A DNA stretch of 49,768 nucleotides from Rickettsiales bacterium. GTDB taxonomy: Bacteria; Pseudomonadota; Alphaproteobacteria; Rickettsiales; UBA3002. The notes under the pieces are model-generated. The model made no database searches, was not told the DNA's origin, and was given only the letters and a program-made list of their open reading frames with translations. Below, one piece after another: positions 10,793 to 20,970 of this stretch. Positions within the stretch are counted from its first letter, which is position 1. Each line of letters begins with the position of its first letter. Both the position numbers and the translations under genes were made by a program. Where the stretch lies: contig JBMOEL010000001.1 of assembly GCA_049314715.1 (NCBI GenBank), forward strand, positions 1 through 49,768, given 5' to 3'.

Positions 10793-10873
10793 ATTAGACT
10801 CCACATTTATTAATTCTTGTTTGAGTATATGCAAATATCATTAATAAGTGGTTAATGCTGCACTGCGCTATGA

Positions 10874-10889
10874 GTGGGTAGCAATTAGC
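10874..10889 (+). promoter_or_regulatory. Possible sigma-54 (-24/-12) promoter upstream of dctA
   Basis: TGGgtagcaattaGCA has the GG-N10-GC spacing of TGGCAC-N5-TTGCA and lies 46 nt upstream of the dctA ATG. Motif match only. Confidence 0.25.
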
Positions 10890-10934
10890 ATGCAAGTCTT
10901 TATGGTACCCGTTCATGAAAATGCATGGGGTGCT

Positions 10935-12287
10935 ATGGCTACTCAAAAGAAATCGTGGTTGAGTCATCTATATGTTCAGGTGCTCATCGCTATTGGGATT
11001 GGGATTGCGTTAGGCTATTTCGCGCCTGAACTTGGCCAGAAAATGAAGCCGCTGGGTGATGGCTTCATCAAGCTCATTAAAATGGTCATTGCGCCAATTA
11101 TTTTCTGCACCGTGGTATCGGGCATCGCCCATATGGGGGACATGAAATCGGCAGGGCGTTTGGGCGTTAAGTCGCTTTTCTATTTCTTTTGCGCGACATC
11201 CATTGCGCTGATTATTGGTCTCATTGTTGGTACAGCGGGTGGGGCTGGTCACGGCATGAATATCGACGTTAGCGCGATTGATCCCGCTTCGGTCGATTCG
11301 TATCTGAGTGCTGCGAGCGCCACGAAAAGCGAGAGCTTCACGGAGTTTTTGCTCAATCTCATTCCCAAAACATTAACGGGCGCTTTTGTTGATGGTAATT
11401 TATTACAGGTACTGGTCGTTGCGATTTTATTTGCATGGGCTTTGTTAAGCATGGGCGCAAAAGGAAAGCCCATTCTGCAAGGCATTGATTTGATATCGCA
11501 TGTGTTTTTCAAAATCATTGCCATCATCATGAAGCTTGCACCCGTAGGTGCTTTTGGTGCCATGGCATTCACGATTGGTGCATATGGTTTGGAAACCCTC
11601 GGCAATCTACTATACTTCATGCTGCTGTTTTATGTGACCTGTTTTGCCTTTGTTTTTATCGGTCTGGGGATTTTGCTCAAAATCACAACGGGATTATCTA
11701 TCTGGCAGCTCATTAAATATATTCGCGAAGAGATTTTCATTGTGCTGGGCACCTGCTCGTCGGAAACTGTCTTGCCACGCATCATGGATAAACTTGAGAA
11801 GCTAGGTGTACATAAGCAGGTCGTTGGCATGGTCATTCCTACGGGCTATAGTTTTAATCTGGATGGATCATCCATTTACTTCACCATGGCCGTCGTGTTT
11901 CTTGCGCAAGCTACCAATACCCCGCTGACATGGGAGCAGGAGCTGGCGATTTTGCTGACGATGCTCTTTACTTCCAAAGGTGCCGCAGCAGTAGTGGGTT
12001 CTGCCTTCATTGTTCTGACTGGTACGCTCTCAACGCTTGGGATTATTCCTGTTGTTGCCGTCACCATCGTGCTTGGTATTGACCGTTTTATGGCGGAGGC
12101 ACGTTCCATTACCAATCTTATTGGCAATTGCGTGGGGACGTTGATTATTGGTCGTTGGGAGAAAGCGGTAGACCTTGCACATGCTAAAAACGTGCTGGCG
12201 GGAAACATCACCGTACATGCCACCTCTGACTCTGAAGATGTTATCCTTGCCTCACATGCGCTGGACGAGGCTACGAAAAGAAGCTAG
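10935..12287 (+). CDS. dctA: C4-dicarboxylate transporter (dicarboxylate/amino acid:cation symporter family)
   Basis: The N-terminus is MATQKKSWLSHLYVQVLIAIGIGIALGYF. DAACS motifs are present (GDGFIKLIKMVIAPIIF, SSETVLP, IPTGYSFNLDGS). The N-terminal extension from 10848 looks spurious. Confidence 0.9.
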   Translation: MATQKKSWLSHLYVQVLIAIGIGIALGYFAPELGQKMKPLGDGFIKLIKMVIAPIIFCTVVSGIAHMGDMKSAGRLGVKSLFYFFCATSIALIIGLIVGTAGGAGHGMNIDVSAIDPASVDSYLSAASATKSESFTEFLLNLIPKTLTGAFVDGNLLQVLVVAILFAWALLSMGAKGKPILQGIDLISHVFFKIIAIIMKLAPVGAFGAMAFTIGAYGLETLGNLLYFMLLFYVTCFAFVFIGLGILLKITTGLSIWQLIKYIREEIFIVLGTCSSETVLPRIMDKLEKLGVHKQVVGMVIPTGYSFNLDGSSIYFTMAVVFLAQATNTPLTWEQELAILLTMLFTSKGAAAVVGSAFIVLTGTLSTLGIIPVVAVTIVLGIDRFMAEARSITNLIGNCVGTLIIGRWEKAVDLAHAKNVLAGNITVHATSDSEDVILASHALDEATKRS

Positions 12288-12298
12288 GGTTCATTCCT

Positions 12299-12985
12299 AT
12301 GGATCCTGCACTTACCGAATCGCTACTCAATATGATTTTGGGTTCCTACTGCGTGAAGGGTCATCACGTCGTGTGGGCGATGCCTGTCTATATTCTCGCC
12401 AATCTTTCATTTGTGCTGGCTGGGCTTTATACCTATCGTCGTTATCTGCTGTTTCGTCGTGATGGATTCGTCGCCGCAGAGGCGGTACATGCCGTAGCGT
12501 GGATTATCGCAGCGATTGGGATTTTGGGGATTTATAATTACTTCTTCCGCTCTGTGCCGACCTTATGGGCGCAGGTTTCCGTTATCATGGCCTATGTGTT
12601 CGGGTTTTTCACCGTGTTCATTCGCTATGTCATTGGCCTGAAATGGAAGCATGTGATGCTGGGATTATTGACGTTTGTGGTTGTCAATTTCATCAACATC
12701 GAATTGCATGACCCACAAGAAATGAACGGCGCAGTGTTTTACCTTCCTGTGTTATTGGTGCTGGTCATTTTTTCGGCACATTTGCACGCACATAATAAAG
12801 CCGGCACGCTTCTTTTTATTCAAGCCTCGGTGCTCTTCATGTTTGCGGTGTTTTTGCGCATGATGGATGCGAATGTCTGTGCGCGCACTGGCATGGGCAC
12901 CATGGTATTATGGCTAGTCTGCACCTCAGCCTCCATGGCCTTCCTGAGTGAAGTACTGGCGCGTAATGTGCTTAGGCACCGTTAA
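12299..12985 (+). CDS. Integral membrane protein, about 7 TM segments (possibly ceramidase/PAQR-like)
   Basis: I count seven hydrophobic segments. It lies 11 nt after dctA. The function is a guess from topology only. Confidence 0.65.
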   Translation: MDPALTESLLNMILGSYCVKGHHVVWAMPVYILANLSFVLAGLYTYRRYLLFRRDGFVAAEAVHAVAWIIAAIGILGIYNYFFRSVPTLWAQVSVIMAYVFGFFTVFIRYVIGLKWKHVMLGLLTFVVVNFINIELHDPQEMNGAVFYLPVLLVLVIFSAHLHAHNKAGTLLFIQASVLFMFAVFLRMMDANVCARTGMGTMVLWLVCTSASMAFLSEVLARNVLRHR

Positions 12986-13025
12986 GATGCTGTTTTTTCT
13001 AGCCACCTACTAAATCTTGTAGTAC

Positions 13026-13038
13026 ATTGCAGTGCAAC
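13026..13038. promoter_or_regulatory. Palindrome ATTGCagtGCAAc in the phaZ promoter region (PhaR-type operator candidate)
   Basis: The core is TGC-N3-GCA. It lies in the spacer of a weak promoter, TTGTAG (13017-13022), 16 nt, TACTAT (13039-13044), about 90 nt upstream of phaZ. Confidence 0.3.
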
Positions 13039-13130
13039 TACTATCGCTAGGCAGGTGGCTTAACCGTTTCTTCAGACATACGTGATAGTCTGAATCTATC
13101 AAAAACAACAATGCTAGACCACGAGGTAGT

Positions 13131-14366
13131 ATGATTTTCGAAAACACAGGACTCTATCAGTTCAAAGAAATGCACCACGCCTCACTCGCGCCCATGCGCA
13201 TGATGGCGAATGCCACCAAACATATCTTTTCTAATCCGATGCATCCACTTTCCTACACGGGAATGGGCCGCCACATGGCAGCTGCTGGTGAGTTAATTGA
13301 GCGCATTACGCAATCTTATCCCAAGCCACATTTTGGTATCACGACCACTGAAATTGCCGGTAAAAAAGTGGATGTGTGGGAAGAGGTGGTACTTGAGAAG
13401 CCTTTCTGTAAATTGCTGCGCTTCAAGCGCGATACCAAACAAAAAAGCTCCAAGCTTCTCCTCGTCGCACCGATGTCGGGCCATCACGCAACCTTGCTAC
13501 GCGGTACGGTTGAGGCCTTATTGCCGCATCATGACGTCTATATCACGGATTGGATGGATGGTCGTGAAGTGCCGCTGTTTAAGGGCGAATTCACACTAAA
13601 TAGCTACATTGATTATCTTCTCGAATTTATGCGCCATATTGGTACAGGCATTCATACCATGGCGGTATGCCAGCCTTCGGTGCCGCTCATGGCAGCGGTT
13701 GCGTTGATGAACGAACAGAAAGACCCCTGCACCCCCAAAACCATGACTTTGATGGGTGGGCCAATCGATACACGCAAAGCGCCAACCAAAGTGAATCAGT
13801 TCAGCAAAGAGCACCCGATTGAGTGGTTCGAGAGTAATGTGATTACCCGCGTACCGCTAAATTATCCTGGCTTCATGCGTCGCGTATATCCTGGCTTTTT
13901 GCAGCTTGCTGGCTTTATGAGCATGAATTTCACGCGCCATAAGGACGCGCATGTTGAGCTCTTCAATCACCTCGTACAAGGTGATGGCGAGAAGGCGCAA
14001 TCACATCGTGATTTCTATAATGAATATCTCGCAGTGGCCGATTTACCTGCGGAATATTACCTGCAAACGATTGAGGAAGTATTTCATAAACATTCGCTGC
14101 CGGAAGGTAAGTTGATGCATTATGACCAACGCGTACGTCCCGATGCGATTACCAAAACCGCGATTTTGGCCATCGAAGGCGAGCTGGACGATATCTCTGG
14201 CCTCGGCCAAACCAAGGCAGCACTGGAAGTGACTAAAAACCTTTCGGATGCGAAAAAGAAATACCATATGGCGCCGCAAGTGGGTCACTATGGTATCTTC
14301 AATGGCCGTAAATGGCGTGAACAGGTGCGCCCTGTCATTACACAGTGGATTGAGAAGAATTCATAG
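13131..14366 (+). CDS. phaZ: Intracellular polyhydroxyalkanoate (PHB) depolymerase
   Basis: A GAGG RBS precedes the start. The N-terminus LYQFKEMHHASLAPMRMMA and LLLVAPMSGHHATLLRGTVEALL are typical of the intracellular PhaZ family. Confidence 0.9.
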   Translation: MIFENTGLYQFKEMHHASLAPMRMMANATKHIFSNPMHPLSYTGMGRHMAAAGELIERITQSYPKPHFGITTTEIAGKKVDVWEEVVLEKPFCKLLRFKRDTKQKSSKLLLVAPMSGHHATLLRGTVEALLPHHDVYITDWMDGREVPLFKGEFTLNSYIDYLLEFMRHIGTGIHTMAVCQPSVPLMAAVALMNEQKDPCTPKTMTLMGGPIDTRKAPTKVNQFSKEHPIEWFESNVITRVPLNYPGFMRRVYPGFLQLAGFMSMNFTRHKDAHVELFNHLVQGDGEKAQSHRDFYNEYLAVADLPAEYYLQTIEEVFHKHSLPEGKLMHYDQRVRPDAITKTAILAIEGELDDISGLGQTKAALEVTKNLSDAKKKYHMAPQVGHYGIFNGRKWREQVRPVITQWIEKNS

Positions 14367-14380
14367 TTTATAATCCACGC

Positions 14381-15115
14381 ATGCAACGTGGTTTTTCACT
14401 CGTCGAACTTTCGATTGTCCTTGTCATCCTTGGGTTACTCACGGGCGGGATTCTTGCGGGTCAATCACTCATTCGTGCTTCTGAACTACGTGCGGTCAGC
14501 ACCGAATATCAGCGCTATATCGCCGCAACACAAACCTTCCGCGATAAGTATTTCGCCATTCCGGGTGATTTTAATAATGCCGTTTCTTTTTGGGGTAGAG
14601 TGGGCGGAGGCGCAGGCCAGTGCGCCACTCCTGCAACAGATACAGACACAGGCCTACCAACATGTAATGGTGATGGGAGCAGTCGAATTGATCTCGGCAC
14701 AAGCGAACCCACACGTTACTGGGAGCATTTAGCCACCACTGGGCTGATTGAAGGTAGCTTCAGTGGCATTGGTACTTCAACGCCCGTTACTACTCGGTCC
14801 CCTGCCTCTAAATTGGCAAACGCTTGGTGGAATTCAACACATTATTCAATTAACGGTGGAGACGCTAATTTTTTTGCTCAGGAATATGCGCATATTTTGT
14901 TTCTTAGCGACATGAATGGAGCTATTGTTCTAAGACCCGAAGAAGCATGGAATATCGACACGAAATTAGATGATGGCAGGCCTGCAGCAGGCAGAATCTG
15001 GGCAGGGTTTAGAGGAACATGCACGAACTCTACAAGCGCCACGGACTATGCGGCAACTTATCTTTTAAGCAGCAGCACTATCGGCTGTGGTTTACTATTT
15101 GCGCGTTCTTTTTAA
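14381..15115 (+). CDS. Type IV pilin/pseudopilin-like protein with prepilin-type N-terminal cleavage/methylation signal (paralogue 1)
   Basis: MQRG/FSLVELSIVLVILGLLTGGILAG is a class III signal peptide with Gly-1, Phe+1 and Glu+5. The globular domain has 4 Cys and is a paralogue of 39859-40647. Confidence 0.8.
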   Translation: MQRGFSLVELSIVLVILGLLTGGILAGQSLIRASELRAVSTEYQRYIAATQTFRDKYFAIPGDFNNAVSFWGRVGGGAGQCATPATDTDTGLPTCNGDGSSRIDLGTSEPTRYWEHLATTGLIEGSFSGIGTSTPVTTRSPASKLANAWWNSTHYSINGGDANFFAQEYAHILFLSDMNGAIVLRPEEAWNIDTKLDDGRPAAGRIWAGFRGTCTNSTSATDYAATYLLSSSTIGCGLLFARSF

Positions 15116-15189
15116 CCACATTGCCCCTTGACTCTCGCCCCGTGAACCCGTAACTCTCCCGCTGTTTATCTACTTGCTGGAGATTCTTG

Positions 15190-16356
15190 ATGGCTCAGAC
15201 CTTCGCCACTGCCCCCAATGCCGCGCTGATACTCGCGGATGGGACAGTGTTTTCGGGGTTTGGCGTTGGCGCGCACGGCATTACAGCAGGCGAGATCTGC
15301 TTCAATACCGCCATGACGGGCTATCAAGAAATCCTCACCGACCCTTCCTACACTGGCCACATCATCACCTTCACCTTCCCGCACATCGGTAATGTCGGCT
15401 GCAACGGCGAAGATATCGAGGCCGCGAAGCCCTACGCTGCAGGTTTGATTCTGCGCGAGAACATTACCGACCCTTCCAGCTTCCGCGCGAATGTGCATTT
15501 GCAAGAGTGGCTGAGCAATAACGGCATCACTGGTATTTGCGGGATTGATACACGCGCGCTGACTGCGCATATCCGCAAAAACGGCGCACAAAATTGTGCG
15601 ATTGGTTTTTTCAAAGACGGCAAAATCGACCAGAAGAAATTGCAAGCCGCGCTAGACGCTGCGCCTGACATGAACGGGTTAGAGCTCGCCGCGCATGTCA
15701 CCACCCCCGCGCACTATGAATGGCGCAAGCAGCGCTGGGTGCTGGGCAAAGGCTATGTTGAGATTGGTAATGGCGCACACCATGTGGTGGCGATTGATTA
15801 CGGCGAGAAGCTGAATATTCTGCGTTGCCTTGCCTCGCAAGATTGCCGCCTCACCGTCGTGCCCGCTACCACCACCGCAGAAGAAATTTTGGCGCTGAAG
15901 CCAGACGGCGTGTTTTTAAGCAACGGCCCTGGCGACCCTTCCGCCACCGCGCAATATTCGCTGCCCGTGATTCAAAAAATCATTGCCGCAAAAGTGCCGC
16001 TGTTTGGTATTTGCCTTGGCCACCAAATGCTCGGCCTCGCGCTTGGCGCGAAGACCGAGAAAATGAAACAAGGCCATCGCGGCGCGAACCACCCTGTGAA
16101 AGATTTGAAAACAAACAAAGTCGCCATTACTTCGCAGAACCACGGCTTCTGCGTGAGTGATAAAGGCTTGCCCGCCAATGTCGAAGTCACGCATCGCTCG
16201 TTGTTTGACGGCACGATTCAAGGCATCGCAACCTTAGACGGCATGTGTTTCTCGGTGCAAGGCCACCCAGAAGCATCGCCGGGCCCGCATGACTGGTTGC
16301 CACTCTTCAAACAATTCGCCGAACTCATGGCCTCACAGAAAAAGAGGGCTGCGTAA
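15190..16356 (+). CDS. carA: Carbamoyl-phosphate synthase small (glutaminase) subunit
   Basis: Motifs seen: [12 protein letters not shown] and the GATase triad region (GICLGHQ...HGFCV). GGAG lies 8 nt upstream of the ATG at 15190. Confidence 0.95.
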   Translation: MAQTFATAPNAALILADGTVFSGFGVGAHGITAGEICFNTAMTGYQEILTDPSYTGHIITFTFPHIGNVGCNGEDIEAAKPYAAGLILRENITDPSSFRANVHLQEWLSNNGITGICGIDTRALTAHIRKNGAQNCAIGFFKDGKIDQKKLQAALDAAPDMNGLELAAHVTTPAHYEWRKQRWVLGKGYVEIGNGAHHVVAIDYGEKLNILRCLASQDCRLTVVPATTTAEEILALKPDGVFLSNGPGDPSATAQYSLPVIQKIIAAKVPLFGICLGHQMLGLALGAKTEKMKQGHRGANHPVKDLKTNKVAITSQNHGFCVSDKGLPANVEVTHRSLFDGTIQGIATLDGMCFSVQGHPEASPGPHDWLPLFKQFAELMASQKKRAA

Positions 16357-19300
16357 TGCCTAAACGTACGGACATCAAAAGCATTCTGATTATCGGCGCG
16401 GGGCCGATTGTGATTGGTCAGGCCTGCGAGTTTGACTATTCGGGCACGCAAGCAGTGAAAACGCTGAAGGCCGAAGGCTACCGCGTGATTCTGGTGAATA
16501 GCAACCCTGCCACCATCATGACCGACCCAGACTTGGCGGATGCAACCTATATTGAACCCATCACGCCAGAATATGTTGAGAAAATTATTGCCAAGGAACG
16601 CCCCGATGTATTGCTGCCAACCATGGGCGGGCAAACAGCGCTCAATTGTGCGAAGGCACTGGCGGAAAGCGGCGTGCTTGCGAAATATAATGTCGAGCTG
16701 ATTGGTGCAAAACTCGAATCCATCAACAAAGCGGAAGACCGTTTGTTGTTCGGCCAAGCCATGGCGCGCATTGGGTTGGAAGTTCCTAAAAACCATGTGG
16801 TCAAAACCATGGAAGAGGCGCGTGCCGCGCTTGCTGATACGGGCCTTCCTGCAGTCATCCGCCCGTCCTTCACGATGGGTGGTTCAGGCGGTGGTATTGC
16901 CTATAACCGCGAGGAGTTTGAGGTGATTGTTGCCTCAGGGCTCGACGCTTCGCCCGTGGGTGAAGTGATGATTGATGAGTCCGTACTCGGTTGGAAAGAG
17001 TATGAGATGGAAGTGGTGCGCGACAAGGCGGATAACTGCATCATCATCTGCTCCATCGAGAATATCGACCCGATGGGCGTGCATACCGGCGACTCCATTA
17101 CCGTTGCCCCTGCCCTGACGCTCACCGACAAAGAATACCAGATTATGCGCGACGCCTCGATTGCCGTACTGCGCGAGATTGGCGTGGATACGGGCGGTTC
17201 TAACGTGCAATTCGCCGTGAACCCTGTTGATGGTCGCATGGTGGTGATTGAGATGAACCCGCGCGTGTCGCGCTCCTCCGCACTGGCTTCGAAAGCCACG
17301 GGCTTCCCGATTGCGAAAGTGGCAGCGAAACTGGCAGTGGGCTATACGCTCGATGAAGTCATCAACGACATTACCAAGGCAACGCCTGCGAGCTTTGAAC
17401 CGACGATTGATTATGTGGTGACGAAAATCCCGCGCTTCACGTTCGAGAAATTCCCCGGCACGGACACGACGCTGACCACGGCGATGAAATCAGTCGGTGA
17501 AGCGATGGCGATTGGCCGTAGCTTTGCCGAGTCGTTGCAGAAAGCCTTCCGCTCGTTGGAGACAGGTCTGACTGGTCTCAATGAGGTGATTATTGAGGGC
17601 GCGAGTGCAGAAAACCTCGATGCAGTGCGCTCGGCGCTTACCGTTGCAGCGCCCGATAGACTTCTCAAAATCGGCCAAGCCTTGCGCTTCGGTATGAGTG
17701 TCGATGAAATTCACACGCTCACGAAATATGACCCGTGGTTCATTCGCGAACTGAAGAAAATTATTGATGCCGAAATGTGGGTGAAAGCAAATGGCCTGCC
17801 GAGTGATGCGCCATCGCTGCACGCACTCAAGAAGCTTGGTTTTAGCGACAAGCAGCTTGCAGCACTCACTAAGCTGGATGAGAAAAAAGTAAGACAAAAG
17901 CGTCACGCGCTGCGTGTGCGACCTGTGTTCAAACGCGTCGATACCTGTGCAGCGGAATTCGAATCCCCCACGCCGTATATGTATAGCTGCTATGAAGGTC
18001 ATGGTGACGCAGCGTTCTGCGAATCACGCCCAAGCGACCGCAAGAAAATTGTGATTTTAGGTGGTGGGCCGAACCGCATTGGTCAGGGTATTGAGTTTGA
18101 TTATTGCTGCGTACATGCGGCCTATGCGCTTAAAGACGCGGGCTATGAAACCATCATGATCAATTGTAACCCTGAAACAGTTTCAACGGATTATGACACA
18201 TCGGATCGCTTGTATTTCGAGCCACTCACCGCAGAAGATGTGATTGAAATTATCGAAAAAGAGAAAACGAATGGCACACTGGTGGGTGTGATTTTGCAGT
18301 TCGGCGGACAGACGCCACTCAAGCTTGGCCACGCACTCGAAGAGGCAGGCATTCCGATTATCGGCACGTCGGTGGATTGCATCGACCTTGCCGAAGACCG
18401 CGAGCGTTTCCAGAAATTGCTGCACAAACTTAAGCTGAAGCAACCGAAGAATGCGATTTGCAAAACGGTGGAAGAAGTCGTGCCCGCAGCGGAAGCGATT
18501 GGCTATCCTGTCGTGGTGCGCCCATCATACGTTCTGGGTGGCCGCGCGATGCGGATTATTCATTCGTCGCTTGAACTCAAAAACTATACGCAAGAATTGC
18601 TCGCGCTGTTTGGTGATGGTCCGATTCTGCTCGATGGGTATTTGCAGGATGCCATTGAGCTCGACGTGGATTGCTTGAGCGATGGCAAGGATTTCTTCGT
18701 CCCCGGCATTATGGAGCATATCGAGGAAGCGGGCATTCACTCTGGTGATTCGGCCTGCTCATTGCCACCTTATTCATTGCCCGATAAAATTATCGACGAA
18801 GTGCGTAAGCAGACGATTGCACTTGCAGGTGCGCTGGGTGTGAAAGGCCTGATGAACGTGCAATTCGCCGTGCAGCAAGGCAATATCTATATTCTGGAAG
18901 TGAACCCACGCGCCTCGCGCACCGTGCCATTCGTTGCGAAGGCGACAGGCATTCAGATTGCTAAAATCGCCTCACGCCTGATGGCGGGTGAGCAGCTGGC
19001 GAGCTTTGATTTGCCAGACGACACGACCTTGATGAAAAATCTCAAACACGTTGCGGTAAAAGAAGTCGTATTCCCATTCGCGCGCTTCCCGGGTGTGGAT
19101 ACGATTTTGGGGCCCGAAATGAAATCGACCGGCGAGACCATGGGTCTGCACACGAATTTTGCTGCGGCATTTGCCAAGGGCTTCATTGGCGCGGGCAGCA
19201 CCTTACCCAAAGAAGGTAAAGTGTTCCTCTCGGTGCGCGATGGCGACAAGCCTGCTGCATCAGTGATTGCGCAAGAACTCACCACGCTTGGCTTCCGCGT

Positions 19301-19646
19301 CGTCTGCACGCGCGGTACGGGCGAGTATTTGAAACTGCAGGGTCTGCCGATTGAGATCGTGAACAAGGTGCGCGAGGGCCGCCCGCATATCGTCGATATG
19401 ATGAAAGATGGGAATATCGCCATGGTATTTAATACCACCGAAGGTCAGGCCGCGATTACCGATTCGTACTCGATTCGCCGCACGGCACTTTTGGGTAAAA
19501 TTCCTTATTCGACCACCATTGCAGGGGCGCGCGCTATGGTTCAGGCGATTGCTGCAATTGATAAAGCGGGTGCTAAGGGGTTGGATGTTGCGCCGCTACA
19601 GTCGTATGTGGGCACGCAAGCGTCCAAAAAGAAAAGCGCGGCGTAG
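16356..19646 (+). CDS. carB: Carbamoyl-phosphate synthase large subunit
   Basis: It has duplicated ATP-grasp halves ([14 protein letters not shown] / [14 protein letters not shown]) and an MGS-like C-terminus. The ATG overlaps the carA TAA. Confidence 0.97.
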   Translation: MPKRTDIKSILIIGAGPIVIGQACEFDYSGTQAVKTLKAEGYRVILVNSNPATIMTDPDLADATYIEPITPEYVEKIIAKERPDVLLPTMGGQTALNCAKALAESGVLAKYNVELIGAKLESINKAEDRLLFGQAMARIGLEVPKNHVVKTMEEARAALADTGLPAVIRPSFTMGGSGGGIAYNREEFEVIVASGLDASPVGEVMIDESVLGWKEYEMEVVRDKADNCIIICSIENIDPMGVHTGDSITVAPALTLTDKEYQIMRDASIAVLREIGVDTGGSNVQFAVNPVDGRMVVIEMNPRVSRSSALASKATGFPIAKVAAKLAVGYTLDEVINDITKATPASFEPTIDYVVTKIPRFTFEKFPGTDTTLTTAMKSVGEAMAIGRSFAESLQKAFRSLETGLTGLNEVIIEGASAENLDAVRSALTVAAPDRLLKIGQALRFGMSVDEIHTLTKYDPWFIRELKKIIDAEMWVKANGLPSDAPSLHALKKLGFSDKQLAALTKLDEKKVRQKRHALRVRPVFKRVDTCAAEFESPTPYMYSCYEGHGDAAFCESRPSDRKKIVILGGGPNRIGQGIEFDYCCVHAAYALKDAGYETIMINCNPETVSTDYDTSDRLYFEPLTAEDVIEIIEKEKTNGTLVGVILQFGGQTPLKLGHALEEAGIPIIGTSVDCIDLAEDRERFQKLLHKLKLKQPKNAICKTVEEVVPAAEAIGYPVVVRPSYVLGGRAMRIIHSSLELKNYTQELLALFGDGPILLDGYLQDAIELDVDCLSDGKDFFVPGIMEHIEEAGIHSGDSACSLPPYSLPDKIIDEVRKQTIALAGALGVKGLMNVQFAVQQGNIYILEVNPRASRTVPFVAKATGIQIAKIASRLMAGEQLASFDLPDDTTLMKNLKHVAVKEVVFPFARFPGVDTILGPEMKSTGETMGLHTNFAAAFAKGFIGAGSTLPKEGKVFLSVRDGDKPAASVIAQELTTLGFRVVCTRGTGEYLKLQGLPIEIVNKVREGRPHIVDMMKDGNIAMVFNTTEGQAAITDSYSIRRTALLGKIPYSTTIAGARAMVQAIAAIDKAGAKGLDVAPLQSYVGTQASKKKSAA

Positions 19647-19657
19647 TTTCTAAGAAA

Positions 19658-20356
19658 TTAGAGGTTCATTTGCAGTGGTGCAGTCTGCTCACGCGATTCA
19701 GCAAGTTTGCCTGCATGGCCGCCTTGTTTTTGGCCGTTGATGAGCCCTTCAAGAATAGTTTGCTCTTGTGGTGAGAGCGCGGCGTTCTTATAGGCCATGC
19801 CTTCAGCGATTTTCTGCTCACCCAATTGATTGAGCGCTTGATTATAATCGCGCTCCATTTCCTTTTTGCGCATGCTGCTGCCGACTACCATGCCTGTTAT
19901 TCCTATAGCAGAACCTAGCGCGTCCACGATAAAAACACCCGCCCCGAGTTTTCTCGTTAAATACTTAACGCCTAAAGCAACAGGAATAGATGCGCCAAGG
20001 CCTGACAAAACACCAATATTCCACGAGGTAGGTTTTTTTACTACGCGTCCTTCTGTTTGCTCTTCTTCCTGTTGCTTTTTCCCTAATAAACCACCTATAG
20101 CAGCTCCTATGGCCATGCCAGCCGCGGTTACGCCTAAAAGTTTTAAATGCGCTTTGTTTTTTGTAAGCTCTTTAGCTACCGCATCTACATCTTTAGTACC
20201 CAAGTCTTTCAATGCTTTGGTTACATCTTTAAAACCGACTAAAGCGGCAATTATTCCCCCCCAATATCCCCAAAAAGTACCTTGCCCCGTGCCGTGATTG
20301 AGCAAGCTCGGTTTTTCCTGCGGTTTGATTTTGGGTAGCTGTTCTTGCTTGGCCAT
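19658..20356 (-). CDS. Hypothetical membrane protein with four Gly/Ala-zipper hydrophobic segments and a helical C-terminal tail
   Basis: An AGGAG RBS precedes the start. The hydrophobic segments are GGIIAALVGF, LLGVTAAGMAIGAAIGGLLG, IGVLSGLGASIPVALGV and GVFIVDALGSAIGITGMVVG. I recognise no family. Confidence 0.65.
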   Translation of the reverse strand: MAKQEQLPKIKPQEKPSLLNHGTGQGTFWGYWGGIIAALVGFKDVTKALKDLGTKDVDAVAKELTKNKAHLKLLGVTAAGMAIGAAIGGLLGKKQQEEEQTEGRVVKKPTSWNIGVLSGLGASIPVALGVKYLTRKLGAGVFIVDALGSAIGITGMVVGSSMRKKEMERDYNQALNQLGEQKIAEGMAYKNAALSPQEQTILEGLINGQKQGGHAGKLAESREQTAPLQMNL

Positions 20357-20496
20357 ATGTTTTCTCCTGCCCTTATTCTAGCAAAACCGCCCTTTTGCAG
20401 TGTGAAGCTTTTGTGAAAAGAGCACTTGTTCTTGGGAGATAAACCCGATAGATTCAGGGTTCGTTTTACTCATAAATCATTATGTATCAGGATGTT

Positions 20497-20970
20497 ATGG
20501 AAAAGATTCCCATGACCGAGCTGGGCTTTGCCCGTTTGGAGAAAGAACTGAAAGAACTCAAAACCGTGCAGCGCCCTGCGGTGATTGAGGCGATTTCGGA
20601 AGCGCGCGCCCATGGCGATTTGTCGGAGAATGCTGAATATCACGCCGCTAAAGAGAAGCAGAGCTTCATTGAAGGCCGCATCATGGAGCTCACCGCGATT
20701 CTTTCGCGCGCCGAGGTGATTGATGTGACTGAACATGCTGCCGAGCACATCAAGTTCGGTGCGACGGTGACGGTGATAGACGAAGAGACCGAGGAAGAAA
20801 TCACTTACCAAATTGTCGGCGACTATGAGGCGGATATTACGCGCGGCCTGATTTCCAACACCGCGCCGATTGGTCGCGCGTTGATTGGCAAAAAAGCTGG
20901 TACCTCGATTGAGGTGAATACGCCCAAGGGTGTGCGCTTTTATGAAGTGTTGAAAGTCGTTTATAAATAG
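20497..20970 (+). CDS. greA: Transcription elongation factor GreA
   Basis: The sequence [22 protein letters not shown]...[18 protein letters not shown] is the GreA signature. The upstream ATG at 20482 is less likely. Confidence 0.95.
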   Translation: MEKIPMTELGFARLEKELKELKTVQRPAVIEAISEARAHGDLSENAEYHAAKEKQSFIEGRIMELTAILSRAEVIDVTEHAAEHIKFGATVTVIDEETEEEITYQIVGDYEADITRGLISNTAPIGRALIGKKAGTSIEVNTPKGVRFYEVLKVVYK

